Assembly (NCBI GenBank): GCA_963798845.1 | Contig: CAWCUS010000006.1 | Location: 192,001-256,000 of the forward strand | Reading direction: 5' to 3' | Length of the DNA: 64,000 nucleotides | Origin: an uncultured Gemmatimonadales bacterium | GTDB taxonomy: Bacteria; Gemmatimonadota; Gemmatimonadetes; Longimicrobiales; RSA9 | Shown: one piece after another, positions 52,751-63,039 of the stretch | Position numbering within the stretch: position 1 is the stretch's first letter | Layout: each line of letters begins with the position of its first letter | The notes under the pieces: generated by a model | Told to the model about the DNA's origin: nothing | Database searches by the model: none | The model's input: only the letters and a program-made list of their open reading frames with translations | Position numbers and translations under genes: made by a program

Positions 52751-53137
52751 TTACTCGATGTGCTTGGCGTAAGCCGCCGCGTCCATCAGCTCCTGCAGAT
52801 CGCCGGTGTCGGTGACCCGCACCTTGATCATCCAACCCTCGCCGTACGGGTCGGAATTGACCAGCGACGGGTCGTCCGCCAGCGCCTCGTTCACAGCCAC
52901 TACCTCGCCACCCACCGGCATGAACAGGTCGCTGACGGCCTTCACCGCTTCCACCGTGCCGAAGGTGTCGCCCTTCGCGAAGCTGTCGCCCGGCTCGGGC
53001 AGCTCCAGGTAAACAATGTCGCCGAGCTCGCCCTGGGCGTAGTCGGTGATGCCTACCGTGTAGATGTTTTCCTGGTCGCTCTTGCCCAGGTACTCGTGAT
53101 CTTCCGTGTACAGGAGATCCGAAGGCAGATCGGACAT
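52751..53137 (-). CDS. gcvH: Glycine cleavage system H protein
   Basis: VGITDYAQGELGDIVY, lipoyl lysine in VEAVKAVSD, VNSDPYGEGW. Confidence 0.97.
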   Translation of the reverse strand: MSDLPSDLLYTEDHEYLGKSDQENIYTVGITDYAQGELGDIVYLELPEPGDSFAKGDTFGTVEAVKAVSDLFMPVGGEVVAVNEALADDPSLVNSDPYGEGWMIKVRVTDTGDLQELMDAAAYAKHIE

Positions 53138-53235
53138 GTCTCCTCCAAATTAGTCAGACGTGGGTCGGCCGGTGAGGATGGGCGGCGCCGCGTTGGGCGT
53201 CAAGGAGGAGAACCCGGCACGGTCCCGCGATCGCG

Positions 53236-53448
53236 CTAGCGTACCTCCTGGAGCCGCGCCAGGATTCCGATCAGTCGCCTCAGCTCGCTCTCCACCAGCT
53301 TCAGCGACTCCTGGACTTCCGGATCCTGCGCCGCCGGCTCCTCGATGAGCAGCTGCACGTGTCCCAGCGCAGCCGTGATCGGGCTGTTGGCGTCGTGACG
53401 CGTCCTGCGCACCAGATCCACCACCTCGCGGAACCGGCCTTCGTCCAT
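53236..53448 (-). CDS. Stand-alone histidine kinase dimerisation/phosphoacceptor (HisKA/DHp) domain protein
   Basis: 70 aa; H-box-like RRTRHDANSPITAALGHVQLL followed by a second helix ESELRRLIGILARL; GGAGG RBS. Confidence 0.72.
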   Translation of the reverse strand: MDEGRFREVVDLVRRTRHDANSPITAALGHVQLLIEEPAAQDPEVQESLKLVESELRRLIGILARLQEVR

Positions 53449-53590
53449 CTCACACCTCCGTCGGCTTTCCATGCATCCCGGCCGGGGGTAGTATAGCCCT
53501 CTCCTCCCGGATAATCACGCGCCGGACGCCGCGCTCCGATCCTGCGCCCGGGAGGCCGAAAGAGACGACCCAATCCACCGGATATAGGCC

Positions 53591-54746
53591 ATGGATATCG
53601 AACGGCCTGCGCTCACTGAGCTGAGCGAGGAAGAGCAGAATGTTCCGCGATCTGGTACGTCAGTTCGCGGAGGAGCAGATCGCGCCGCTCAGCCACGACA
53701 TGGACCGGGACGCGAAGATGGATCCCGACCTGGTCAAGACGCTCTTCGAGCTGGGCGTCATGGGGATCGAGATCCCGGAGAGCCTCGGCGGCGCCGGGGC
53801 CACCTTCTTCACGTCCGTCCTCGTGGTCGAGGAGCTGTCGCGCGTCGACCCCTCCGTGGCCGCGCTGGTCGACGTGCAGAACACGCTCGTCGACACCTGC
53901 ATCATCCGCTACGGCAACGAAGAGCAGCATCAGCGATACTTGCCTCGCCTCGCCAGCGACACCGTCGGTGCCTACGCCCTCTCGGAGGCGGGCTCCGGCT
54001 CTGACGCCTTCGCGCTCAAGTGCCGCGCGACCCGCGACGGCGACGACTGGATCCTCGATGGTCCCAAGCTCTGGATCACCAACGGCGGCGAGGCGGACAT
54101 CTTCATCGTCTTCGCGAACGTCGACTTCGAGCAGGGCTACCGAGGCATCACCGCCTTCCTGGTCGAGCGGGGGATGGACGGGTTCACTGTGGGGAAGAAG
54201 GAGGACAAGCTCGGGATCCGGGCGTCGTCCACGGTGGAGCTGAGCTTCGACCATTGTCGCGTCCCCGGCGCGAACGTGATGGGTGAGGTGGGGAAAGGGT
54301 ACAAGATCGCGATCGAACAGCTCAACGAGGGCCGCATCGGCATCGGCGCACAGATGGTCGGGCTCGCCCAGGGCGCCCTCGACCACACCGTCCGCTATGT
54401 CCAGGAGCGTGAGCAGTTCGGACACGCCATCGGCGACTTTCAGGGCGTCCAGTTCCAGCTCGCGGACATGCGCACCCGGCTGGAGGCCGCCCGCCTGATG
54501 GTCTACAATGCGGCTCGCCTGCGTGAGGCCAACAAACCGTTCCTGTTCGAGGCGGCCATGGCCAAGCTGTACGCGTCGGAGGCCGCCCAGCGGATCGCCT
54601 CCGAGTGCGTCGATCTCTACGGCGGCTACGGCTTCACCAAGGAGTACCCGGTGGAGAAGCTCTATCGCGACGCCAAGATCGGGACGATCTACGAGGGCAC
54701 GTCCAACATGCAGCGGCAGACCATCGCCAGGCTGCTCATGAAGTAG
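53591..54746 (+). CDS. Acyl-CoA dehydrogenase (short/branched-chain type); +1 frameshift at 53639-53640
   Basis: LSEEEQ|MFRDLVRQFA joins if one A is removed; ALSEAGSGSDA, KLWITNG, KLGIRAS, RDAKIGTIYEGTSN. Confidence 0.93.
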
Positions 54747-54770
54747 CCCGCGAGCCTCGCGGGCTGCTTC
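54740..54770. terminator. Hairpin between convergent genes (possible bidirectional terminator)
   Basis: GAAGTAGCCCGCGAG-c-CTCGCGGGCTGCTTC. Confidence 0.55.
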
Positions 54771-54879
54771 GTGGTTGACGGGGACCTGCTCCAGCTCGGG
54801 GACAATGTGACGGCCTCGCACCCGGGTCCTTGGCCCCGACGACGAGCGCGGCCCGGACCGTGGCGGAGCGCTTTCCCGC

Positions 54880-56644
54880 TCAGACGGCGAAGCGCTCCGG
54901 CACCCGGGTATGCCAGTCGGTGGCGCCCTGGTACGCCGCCGCCAGGCGCAGCGCAGCGCTCTCCTTCCACAGCCCGCCAATGAACGAGAATGCTCATCGG
55001 GTGGCCGTCGACGAAGCCGGCCGGGACCACGGCGGTGGGGTGCCCGGTCAGATTCGTGATCAGGAGGACGTTCCCCCCGAAGCTGGGCGTGACGAACGTG
55101 TCGATCTCCGACATCGTCTTCTCCATCTCGCCCATCAACATCGTCCGGACGCGGTTCGCCTGGATGTACTCCACGGCGGGGATCAGCCGACTCTCGCGGA
55201 AGGAGTTCGGCCACGAGTACGCCTCCTGCGCCACCAGCAGGTCGTCGCGCCCGCTGCGCGTGAGCTCATCGAAGGCCGCCGCGGCCTCGGCATTCAGGAT
55301 GATGCGGAGCGCGTTCACCGGCAGGTGGTCGGGCATCTCGACGGGTATCGGGTCGACGCCGAGCCCCCGGACGACCTCGAGCGCCCGCTGCTCCAGCTCG
55401 ATCTGAGCTGCGTCCCGCTTCCGGGCGTCGTCGTCACGCCCGCGGGGCTCCCGCTCGAACGCGCTCTTCAGGTATCCCACCCGCAGCTCCTTCAGCGGGC
55501 GACGCGCGTCCCACTCGAACGGGACGGTGCGGGCGGTCGGGTCCTGGCCGTCCGCGCCGTGGACCGCGGTGAGCACCAGGGCGCAGTCCTCGGCGCTGCG
55601 GCAGAGCGGCCCGATCTTGTCCATGCTCCAGGACAGCGCCATCGCCCCGGCCCGGCTGACGCGGCCGAACGTGGGCCGCAGCCCGCTCGCCCCGGTCCGC
55701 GTGGACGGCGAGACGATGGAGCCCAGCGTTTCCGTGCCGATTGCGAAGCCCACGAGACCGGCCACCGTCGCAGCCGCCGGCCCGGCGGAGGACCCGCTCG
55801 ATCCCTGCTCGAGGTCCCACGGGTTGCGCGTCTTCCCGCCGAACCAGACATCCCCCATCGCCAGCGCTCCCAGGGTGAGCTTCGCCACCAGCACGGCGCC
55901 GGCCTGGTCCAGGCGCTGCACCACAGTGGCGTCCTCATCGATGACCTGCTCGTCGTAGGGCTTCGCGCCCCAGGTGGTCCGATAGCCCTTCGTGGCCAGC
56001 AGGTCCTTCGCCCCCCACGGGATGCCGTGCAGCGGGCCCCGGTACACCCCGCGGGCGAGATCCTCGTCCAGCCGCTTCGCCTGCGCCATCGCCCGCTCGT
56101 CCGTGAGCGTGATCACCGCCTCCAGCTGGCCGCCGTACCGGTGCAGCCGGTCCAGGTACATCTCCGTCAGCTCCAATGCGCTCACCTGCTTGGTCCGGAC
56201 CAGCTCCGAAAGCCTCGTAACCGGCCAGAACGCCACCTCCTCCAGCTTCGACGGTCGACGCACACCGTCAGGCCGCGACGCCCGGATCCGGTCGAAGCGG
56301 CGAGCGACCATCGTCGGCCCTTCGTCGCCCTCGCCCCCCTCCCCGCCGGGCAGCCGCACCCACGGGAGCCGCGGGTCGAACTGCACGGCCGGTGGCACCG
56401 CGTTCGGGATGTCGACCTCGTGCAGCGCCTCGTACGCCTCGAGGTTCTGGTTCAGGCCGCGCGCCATCATCTCCCGCTCGGCGTCGGTGAACTCGAGCCC
56501 CGCCACTACCTCCGCGTCCTTGATGATCGCGGGGGTGACCCGCCCCTGCTCCTGCGCCTGTGCCCACAGACGCTCGGCGAAGACTCCGCCCAGCCCGAGG
56601 GCGGAGAGGTGGACCATGAAGCTGCGTCGGTCGAGTGTCGGCAT
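54880..56644 (-). CDS. Amidase-signature family enzyme with Tat-like signal; +1 frameshift at 54989-54990
   Basis: DRRSFM signal, GPLHGIPWGAKD, GSSGSSAG, GTETLGSI..P, NLTGHP; the typical C-terminus SFIGGLWKE...AYQ.ATDWH is restored by deleting one base. Confidence 0.9.
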
Positions 56645-56828
56645 GGCTGTGCTCGCTGTAGGGATGATCCGCCAAGCTGGGGACCGCGAGCCGCGCCCCG
56701 CAACCCCTGGATCGTCCCGCCCCGACGCGCTCGCTCGCGGTCTGGCCCGCCCCCCGGGTGGCGGATAACTTGCCAGTTGCAGCCTGCCGCAGGGCCCGAA
56801 TCCACCGCCGATCCAGCGAGGGAACACC

Positions 56829-58719
56829 ATGAGCACCACCGAAGCGCCCGGGCGCGAGGTCTCTTCGCAGGTCGTCACGGAGCGTGACGCGCGGGAAGTG
56901 GCAGAAGCCGCCCGCGAGAAGGAATGGGTGAAGCCTAGTTTCGTCCGCGAGCTCTTCCTGGGGAACCTGCGGATGGATCTGATCCATCCGCTCCCCGACC
57001 CGGAACCGGAGGCGAGAGCCCGGGGGGAGAAGTTCATGGCGGACATGGAGGATTTCCTGAAGCGGGACGTGGACGGGATCGCCATCGAACGGGAAGGCAG
57101 GATTCCGGAGCACGTGATGGAAGGGCTGCGTCGTCTGAAGGCGTTCGCCATGAAGATCCCTCAGGAATACGGGGGGCTGGAGCTGTCGCAGGTGATGTAC
57201 GGGCGGGCGGTCGCCATGATCAGCACGTACTCGTCCGCGATCGGCGTGCTGCTCTCCGCGCACCAGTCCATAGGCGTGCCGCAGCCGCTGAAGATGTTCG
57301 GCTCGCCCGAGCAGAAGAAGAAGTACCTGCCGCGCTTTGCCAACGGCGAGGTCTCGGCGTTCGCCCTCACCGAACCGGACGTGGGCTCGGACCCCGCCCG
57401 GATGGAAGCCACGGCCGACCCGACGGAGGACGGCCATGCGTTCATCCTCAACGGCGAGAAGCTCTGGTGCACGAACGCGCCCATCGCCAGCGTGATGGTC
57501 GTCATGGCGCGAACGCCGGCGAAGGAAGGGAAGAAGCGGCGCCCGATCACCGCGTTCATCGTCGAGAACGACTGGGAGGGCGTGGAGAACCAGCACCGGC
57601 TCGAGTTCATGGGTCTGCGCGGGATCGAGAACGGCCTCATCACGTTCAGGAACGTCCGCGTCCCCCGGGAGAACATCATCCTCGGCGAGGGGAAGGGGCT
57701 GAAGCTGGCGCTCACCACCCTGAACACCGGCCGGCTGACGATCCCCATGACGTGCGCGGCCGCGGGGAAGTGGTGCACCCGGGTGGCGCGCGAGTTTGCC
57801 GCCGAGCGGGTGCAGTGGGGGCAGCCGGTGGGGAAGCACGATGCCGTGGCGCAGATGCTGGGCTACATCGCGTCCCACAGTTTCGCCATGGATGCCGTAG
57901 CCGAGGTCTCGTCCGCGCTGGCGGATGACGAGAACACGGATATCCGCCTCGAAGCCGCCATGGCGAAGATGTGGAACTCGGAGACCGCGTGGAAGGTGGG
58001 CGACCTCACCATGCAGATCCGGGGCGGCCGCGGCTACGAGACCGCGCATTCCCTCGCGATGCGCGGCGAGGCCCCGGTGCCGGTGGAGCAGATGCTCCGC
58101 GACCTCCGCATCAACATGATCTTCGAGGGCTCCAGCGAGATCATGCGCCTCTTCATCGCACGCGAGGCCGTGGATCCGCACCTGCAGGCGGCGGGCAAGT
58201 TCGTGGAGCCGGACGCGTCCGTGGGCGAGAAGGCCAGGGACATGATGGGCCTCGGCGCGCACATGGCCACCTGGTACTCCGGGAACGTGGCCGGCTGGAG
58301 CCGCTGGCCCCGCCACGGCGACTTCGACGCGATGGCCACGCACATCCGCTTTGCCGAGCGCCGCGCCCGAAAGCTGGCGCGCACCCTGGCCTACGCCATG
58401 AGCCGCTACGGCGCGAAGCTCGAGAAGAAGCAGGCGGTGCTCTTCCGCATGGTGGAGATCGGCGCCGAGCTCTTCGCGATTGGCGCCACGTGCTCCTATG
58501 CCATGAAGCGCCGCGGCGGCGACGGCGCGGGCACCGGGCCCATCAAGAATGGCGGACATCTTCTGTCGGCACGCGCGCCGCAGGGTGGACGAGCTGTTCG
58601 AGCGCGTGTTCGACAACGACGACGACGCGACCTACCGTCTTGCCCGTGAGGTCCTCGACGGGCAGCACGCGTGGATGGAGAAGGGCGTGGCCTCTCCGCC
58701 ACGCCCGCACCTGGGCTGA
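56829..58719 (+). CDS. Long-chain / VLCAD-like acyl-CoA dehydrogenase; +1 frameshift at 58548-58549
   Basis: SAHQSIGV, FALTEPDVGSD, KLWCTN, RDLRINMIFEGSSEI; the C-terminus MADIFCRHARRRVDELF..NDDD..Y continues in the shifted frame to TGA 58719. Confidence 0.92.
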
Positions 58720-58864
58720 CCCCGCCGGAAGACGGAAGCGGCCCGGCCGTTGCATCGGCCGGGCCGCTTCCGTCGCGCGAGCAGGCAACAAATCCTCTTG
58801 CCGCACCGTGGCTCCCGGCGCTACACTGCGGGAGCCTTGACCCCCTCCCAACCCCTGGCCGGCC

Positions 58865-59653
58865 ATGGCACTAATCGCCGCTCTTCTGCCGGACGAGGCA
58901 GATCGCACTGCCCTCGGCGCCGCCGTTCGGCAGCATCGCGTATCCTGGGCCCGCACCTGGCGGGACCTCTCTCAGGTCGTGAAGAGGGAGCCGGCTGCCG
59001 CCGTGGTCGCGGACCTGCACGCCGAGCCGGGCAAGGACGGCGTCCTCCGCGTCTACCGCCTGGCCCAGCGTTACCCGCTGACACCGATCCTCGCGTGGGG
59101 AGAGCTGGACGGCCGGGACCTCTTCCGCCTGGCCAAGGCCGGCGCCTCCAATGTCGTGCCGTCGCCCGACGCATCGAACATGGCTTTGATCGCCGAGATC
59201 CTGGGCGACGCCATGTCCGACCGCCTGGCGCGACGCGTGGACGAGCGGCTCCGCAACCGCGTCGGCAGGGATGGCCGCGCGCTCGTGCAGCTGGCCGCTC
59301 GGCGCATACCGGAGGGAATCCAGGTCCCCGGCCTCGCGGCCGACCACGACCTGTCGGTTTCGACGCTGGAGCGCCGCTGCGAGCAGTGGGGCCTCGCCAC
59401 CCCCGGCCGGCTGCTGCTGTGGCTGCGGATCCTCTACGGTCTCAACTGGCTCCTCGAGCCGGGACGCAGCGTGGAGTCGGTCGCCGGCCAGCTCGGCTAT
59501 TCGTCCGGCGCTGCATTCCGACGGGCGATCAAGGTGACCGTGGGCGGCAAGCCGACGCCGCTGCGGAATCGGGCAGGGCTCGAAGCCGCCCTGGAAGCGT
59601 TCATCGCGGCGTGCCCGGGCGATCCGGCGCTCGTGCCTGCCGGGGAGGGCTGA
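58865..59653 (+). CDS. AraC-family transcriptional regulator with receiver-like N-terminal domain
   Basis: C-terminal double HTH: LAADHDLSVSTLERR..LR..SVESVAGQLGYSSGAAFRRAIK..G..PT. Confidence 0.85.
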   Translation: MALIAALLPDEADRTALGAAVRQHRVSWARTWRDLSQVVKREPAAAVVADLHAEPGKDGVLRVYRLAQRYPLTPILAWGELDGRDLFRLAKAGASNVVPSPDASNMALIAEILGDAMSDRLARRVDERLRNRVGRDGRALVQLAARRIPEGIQVPGLAADHDLSVSTLERRCEQWGLATPGRLLLWLRILYGLNWLLEPGRSVESVAGQLGYSSGAAFRRAIKVTVGGKPTPLRNRAGLEAALEAFIAACPGDPALVPAGEG

Positions 59654-59655
59654 CC

Positions 59656-60930
59656 ATGGCGCGCTATGACCGCATCGCCCGACTACCGGTCCCCGACCGG
59701 GAAGCCGGGTTCCCGGGATGGAATACGCTGCGGGACCTCGAGCATCGGGAGCGGGAGCCCGAGCTCGGGCGCCGTGCCCGCCTCCGGTTCCTCGCCTTGC
59801 GACCCGTGCTCCGGCTCCTCGCCCGGGGCCTCGAGGCCGTGGATGCATCCTCCTTCGAGCGGCAGCTCGAGTCCGTTCGCGAGGAGCTCGGCCATCTCCC
59901 TCCGCGCGACCACGAGCGCAACCGCATCGCCGAGTACCTGAAGGCGGTGGGCGGACGCTCGCCGGGCGAGATCGCCCGCGCCACCATCAATGTCGGCGGC
60001 GCCGCGGAAGCCGGCGGGCACCCCCATGCCGCCGAGGAGTTCTATCGGACGGCGCTTCAGATAGCGGAATCCTACGACCTCGTGGAGCCGCGGCTCCGCG
60101 CTCTCCGCCGCATCGCCACTGTACTGAGGAACCGGGGCGAGGTCGAGGCTGCGGTGTCGAACCTCGAGCGGGCGGCCGACTTTGCCGAATCCCACGGCGA
60201 GCTCGTGGAGTGGGCGCGCGCCATGGACGCGATGGCGGTCATCCGGCTCCGCCAGGGAGACGCCGGCGGAGCGGGCGAGATCCTGGGGCGCGTGGACGAG
60301 CGCGGCCGCGCGAGCCGCAACGAGCGCGTCCGCGCCGTTGCAGCCGCCGGACGCTGCGCGCTGGAGATCGCGGCGGGCAGCCCGGAGGCAGCGGTCGAAG
60401 CCGGCTGGGAGGCCATCGACCGGATGGAGCCCGACGACGAGGAGCGCAACCGCGTCCTCCTGAACATGGGCGCCGCGTTCCGCCGCCTCGGCCTTCAACC
60501 CGCAGCGGCGTCCTGTTACGTCATCATAGAGCGCTGGGCCGCCTGGCCGGAGCACCGGATCGAGGCCAAGGTGGAGAGCGCGGCCCTGGCTGCGGAAGCC
60601 GGCGACGTCGACGCCTTCCGTGAGCACGCGGCCGGCGTCCTACCCGCCCTCGACCGCGCCGACGCTCAGACCGTCGGCCTCGCCATGCTCGGCCTCGGCC
60701 GCGCCGCCATGCTCCTCCGGCACCGGGACACCGCCCGGGAATACCTGCGCCGCGCCATCGGCATCGCACGCGATGAGGGCGATGAAACGGTGCTCGCCGG
60801 ATCCGAGGGGCTGCTCGCTGCGCTGGAGCAGGACGAGGCTGCCGGCGTCGCGGCCTCCACGGCACCGGCCTCGGACGGGAGCCGAAGCATCGCGCGCCGC
60901 ATGGAGGCGCTCTCCCGGCAGCTGGTCTAG
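59656..60930 (+). CDS. Tetratricopeptide-repeat-like helical protein
   Basis: Repeating A-x-x-x-Y/L helices (AEEFYRTALQIA, AVSNLERAADFA, VLLNMGAAFRRLG, AREYLRRAIGIA); 2 nt after the AraC stop. Confidence 0.75.
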   Translation: MARYDRIARLPVPDREAGFPGWNTLRDLEHREREPELGRRARLRFLALRPVLRLLARGLEAVDASSFERQLESVREELGHLPPRDHERNRIAEYLKAVGGRSPGEIARATINVGGAAEAGGHPHAAEEFYRTALQIAESYDLVEPRLRALRRIATVLRNRGEVEAAVSNLERAADFAESHGELVEWARAMDAMAVIRLRQGDAGGAGEILGRVDERGRASRNERVRAVAAAGRCALEIAAGSPEAAVEAGWEAIDRMEPDDEERNRVLLNMGAAFRRLGLQPAAASCYVIIERWAAWPEHRIEAKVESAALAAEAGDVDAFREHAAGVLPALDRADAQTVGLAMLGLGRAAMLLRHRDTAREYLRRAIGIARDEGDETVLAGSEGLLAALEQDEAAGVAASTAPASDGSRSIARRMEALSRQLV

Positions 60931-60961
60931 CGCATCCGCAGACGGAACGGCGGGGCGGCTG

Positions 60962-61153
60962 CTACGACAGCACGTCCCGCCGCCCTTCTCTCACTTCACG
61001 CACCCAGTCGCTGTAGTCGATGGCCGCCGCGAGCGCGGCCTCGATGCTGCGGACGACGTCCGTTTCCCCCACCTGCTGCCGCGCCCGCTCCACCAGCGCT
61101 TCGTCCAGGACGAACGTGTGCGGCCGACGCGCGGCTCCCACCTTGAACGACAT
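60962..61153 (-). CDS. Small protein resembling VapB-type / ribbon-helix-helix antitoxins
   Basis: 63 aa; HTFVLDEALVERARQQVG..VVRSIEAAL beta-alpha-alpha pattern; GGAGG RBS. Confidence 0.6.
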   Translation of the reverse strand: MSFKVGAARRPHTFVLDEALVERARQQVGETDVVRSIEAALAAAIDYSDWVREVREGRRDVLS

Positions 61154-61245
61154 GGCTCCCTCCGCGTTCACGTCCGCACCGACTCTGCCACAGGGTCCGG
61201 GGCGCCACCATGGCCCGGCGGGACACGACGCGAGGGTTGCAACGG

Positions 61246-61533
61246 CTAGAGCGGCGGCAGAATCCCGTTCTCCTTTCGCGCGTCCCGGGCGCCGTGGCGG
61301 ACCGCCAGGCCCATCCCCGCCCCGAAGACGAGCGCGGTGCCACCACCTACCACCGGAAGCAGCCACACGACCGGTGCCGCGGCCAGCGCCGCTACCGCCC
61401 CGACCGCCACCGGCGCCGCGCGCCCCTGCACGGCCTCCACGAACCGCAGCCGCTTCCGCACGAACCTGCGGACCTTCACGTACCCGGCACCAATGCCGCC
61501 CACGGCGGCACCCAGAATCAACAGTTCGATCAT
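61246..61533 (-). CDS. Small hypothetical membrane protein
   Basis: MIELLILGAAVGGIGAGYVKVRRFVRKRLRFVEAVQ.. with 2-3 hydrophobic segments; GAGGAGG RBS. Confidence 0.72.
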   Translation of the reverse strand: MIELLILGAAVGGIGAGYVKVRRFVRKRLRFVEAVQGRAAPVAVGAVAALAAAPVVWLLPVVGGGTALVFGAGMGLAVRHGARDARKENGILPPL

Positions 61534-61628
61534 ATGCGCCTCCTCACCCATCAAGACGGCTCGGCAGCCGGTCTGGTTTCGCCGGCGCATCCTTCCGGTT
61601 CGTGCCGCGGCCTCCTACCTTTCCGTTC

Positions 61629-62006
61629 ATGAAGAAGCCCAAGCAGCTCATCGTCGTCGGCGACCGCATCCTCATCGAGCCCGAGGAGGGAGAGGAGCGC
61701 TCCCACGTGGGCCTCTATCTTCCCGCCACGGCGGTGGACAATCAGGCAGTCCAGGCCGGGACCGTGGTGGCCACCGGCCCCGGGACCCCGATCTCGGCGC
61801 CGACGGAGCTGGACGACGAGCCGTGGCGGATCGCCAGCGGCGAGCCGAGGTTCCTCCCGGTCCAGGCAAGAAAGGGTGATTACGCCATCTTCTTCCGCCG
61901 GGCGGCCGTGGAGATCACCTTCGAAGGGCGGAAGTACCTGGTCGTGCCGCAGCCGGCGATCCTCGTGCTCCTGCGCGGAACATCGGAGCCCAAGGAGGGT
62001 TGGTAA
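61629..62006 (+). CDS. GroES/Cpn10-family co-chaperonin paralogue (no adjacent groEL)
   Basis: VVGDRILIEP, GLYLP, GTVVATGPG, GD..IF, EITFEG.KYLVV..AIL. Confidence 0.85.
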   Translation: MKKPKQLIVVGDRILIEPEEGEERSHVGLYLPATAVDNQAVQAGTVVATGPGTPISAPTELDDEPWRIASGEPRFLPVQARKGDYAIFFRRAAVEITFEGRKYLVVPQPAILVLLRGTSEPKEGW

Positions 62007-62030
62007 CGGCGCCGGAACCGCCACGAAGCG

Positions 62031-62056
62031 CGGCCCCGCACGGGGCCGTTTTTTTT
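62031..62056 (+). terminator. Intrinsic terminator between the groES-like gene and hslO
   Basis: CGGCCCC-gcac-GGGGCCG followed by T8. Confidence 0.8.
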
Positions 62057-62065
62057 GAGGTAAGC

Positions 62066-62956
62066 ATGCTGCCGAACAGCGACAACTACCTGGTCCGGGC
62101 GACGGCCTTCGAGGGGAGAGTGAGGGCGCTGGCCGTGAACTCCACGGACGCGGTCCACGAGCTCGCCCGACTCCAGGGGACGGACCCGGCGGCTACGGCT
62201 GCGCTGGGTCGCGTCGCCACGGGCACCCTGCTCCTCGGCTCCACCCTGAAGAAGGAGAGCCATCTGGTCACGGTGCGGGTGAAGGGTGGGGGGCCGGTGG
62301 GCATCGTCATGGCCTCGGCCAACGGCCGCGGAGAAGTCCGCGGCCTCGTGAGCAATCCCCGGACCGGTGTCCAGCAAACCGTAAACGGTAAACTGAACGT
62401 GGCCGGCGCGGTGGGGACGGGCGGTCGCATGACCGTGATCAAGGACCTGGGCCTGCGCGAACCGTACAACAGTACGGTGGAGCTGGTCTCGGGCGAGATC
62501 GGCAAGGATTTCGCCTACTATTTCGCCCGCTCCGAGCAGCTCCCGTCGGCGGTGGGGCTCGGCGTCTACGTGGATCGGGCGGGCGAGGTGGTCGCCGCTG
62601 GAGGGTACATCATCCAGATCCTGGGCGGGCTCCCGGAGGACGACGCCATCGCGATCGAGCGCGACGTGGCCTCGCTGCCGCACCCGACCACCATGATCCG
62701 CGCGGGCGAAACGCCCGAGGACATCCTGGCGCGCGTCTTCGGCAGCGACGTGAACGTGCTCGAGCGCACGCCCGTCCGCTTCCACTGCCCGTGCAACCGC
62801 GCCCGCGCGGCCCAGGCGCTCATACTGCTCGGCCCCGCCGAGATCGATGCCATCGCCGAGCAGCAGGCGGAGCGCGGCTACGCGGACGTGACGTGCGAGT
62901 TCTGCGGCTCGAACTACCGCTTCACCCTGGACCAGCTCGCTGCCCTCCAGAATTGA
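62066..62956 (+). CDS. hslO: Hsp33 redox-regulated chaperone
   Basis: AALGRVAT, GKLNVAGAVG, LVSGEIG.DF.YYF..SEQ.PS, zinc site CPC...CEFC. Confidence 0.96.
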   Translation: MLPNSDNYLVRATAFEGRVRALAVNSTDAVHELARLQGTDPAATAALGRVATGTLLLGSTLKKESHLVTVRVKGGGPVGIVMASANGRGEVRGLVSNPRTGVQQTVNGKLNVAGAVGTGGRMTVIKDLGLREPYNSTVELVSGEIGKDFAYYFARSEQLPSAVGLGVYVDRAGEVVAAGGYIIQILGGLPEDDAIAIERDVASLPHPTTMIRAGETPEDILARVFGSDVNVLERTPVRFHCPCNRARAAQALILLGPAEIDAIAEQQAERGYADVTCEFCGSNYRFTLDQLAALQN

Positions 62957-63039
62957 CAGCTCGCGACTTCCGGGCTTGCGTCACCGGCGGCGCAGGAGCG
63001 AAATTGTCGAATCCCCGGTCCAGCCAAATCGAGATCAAT

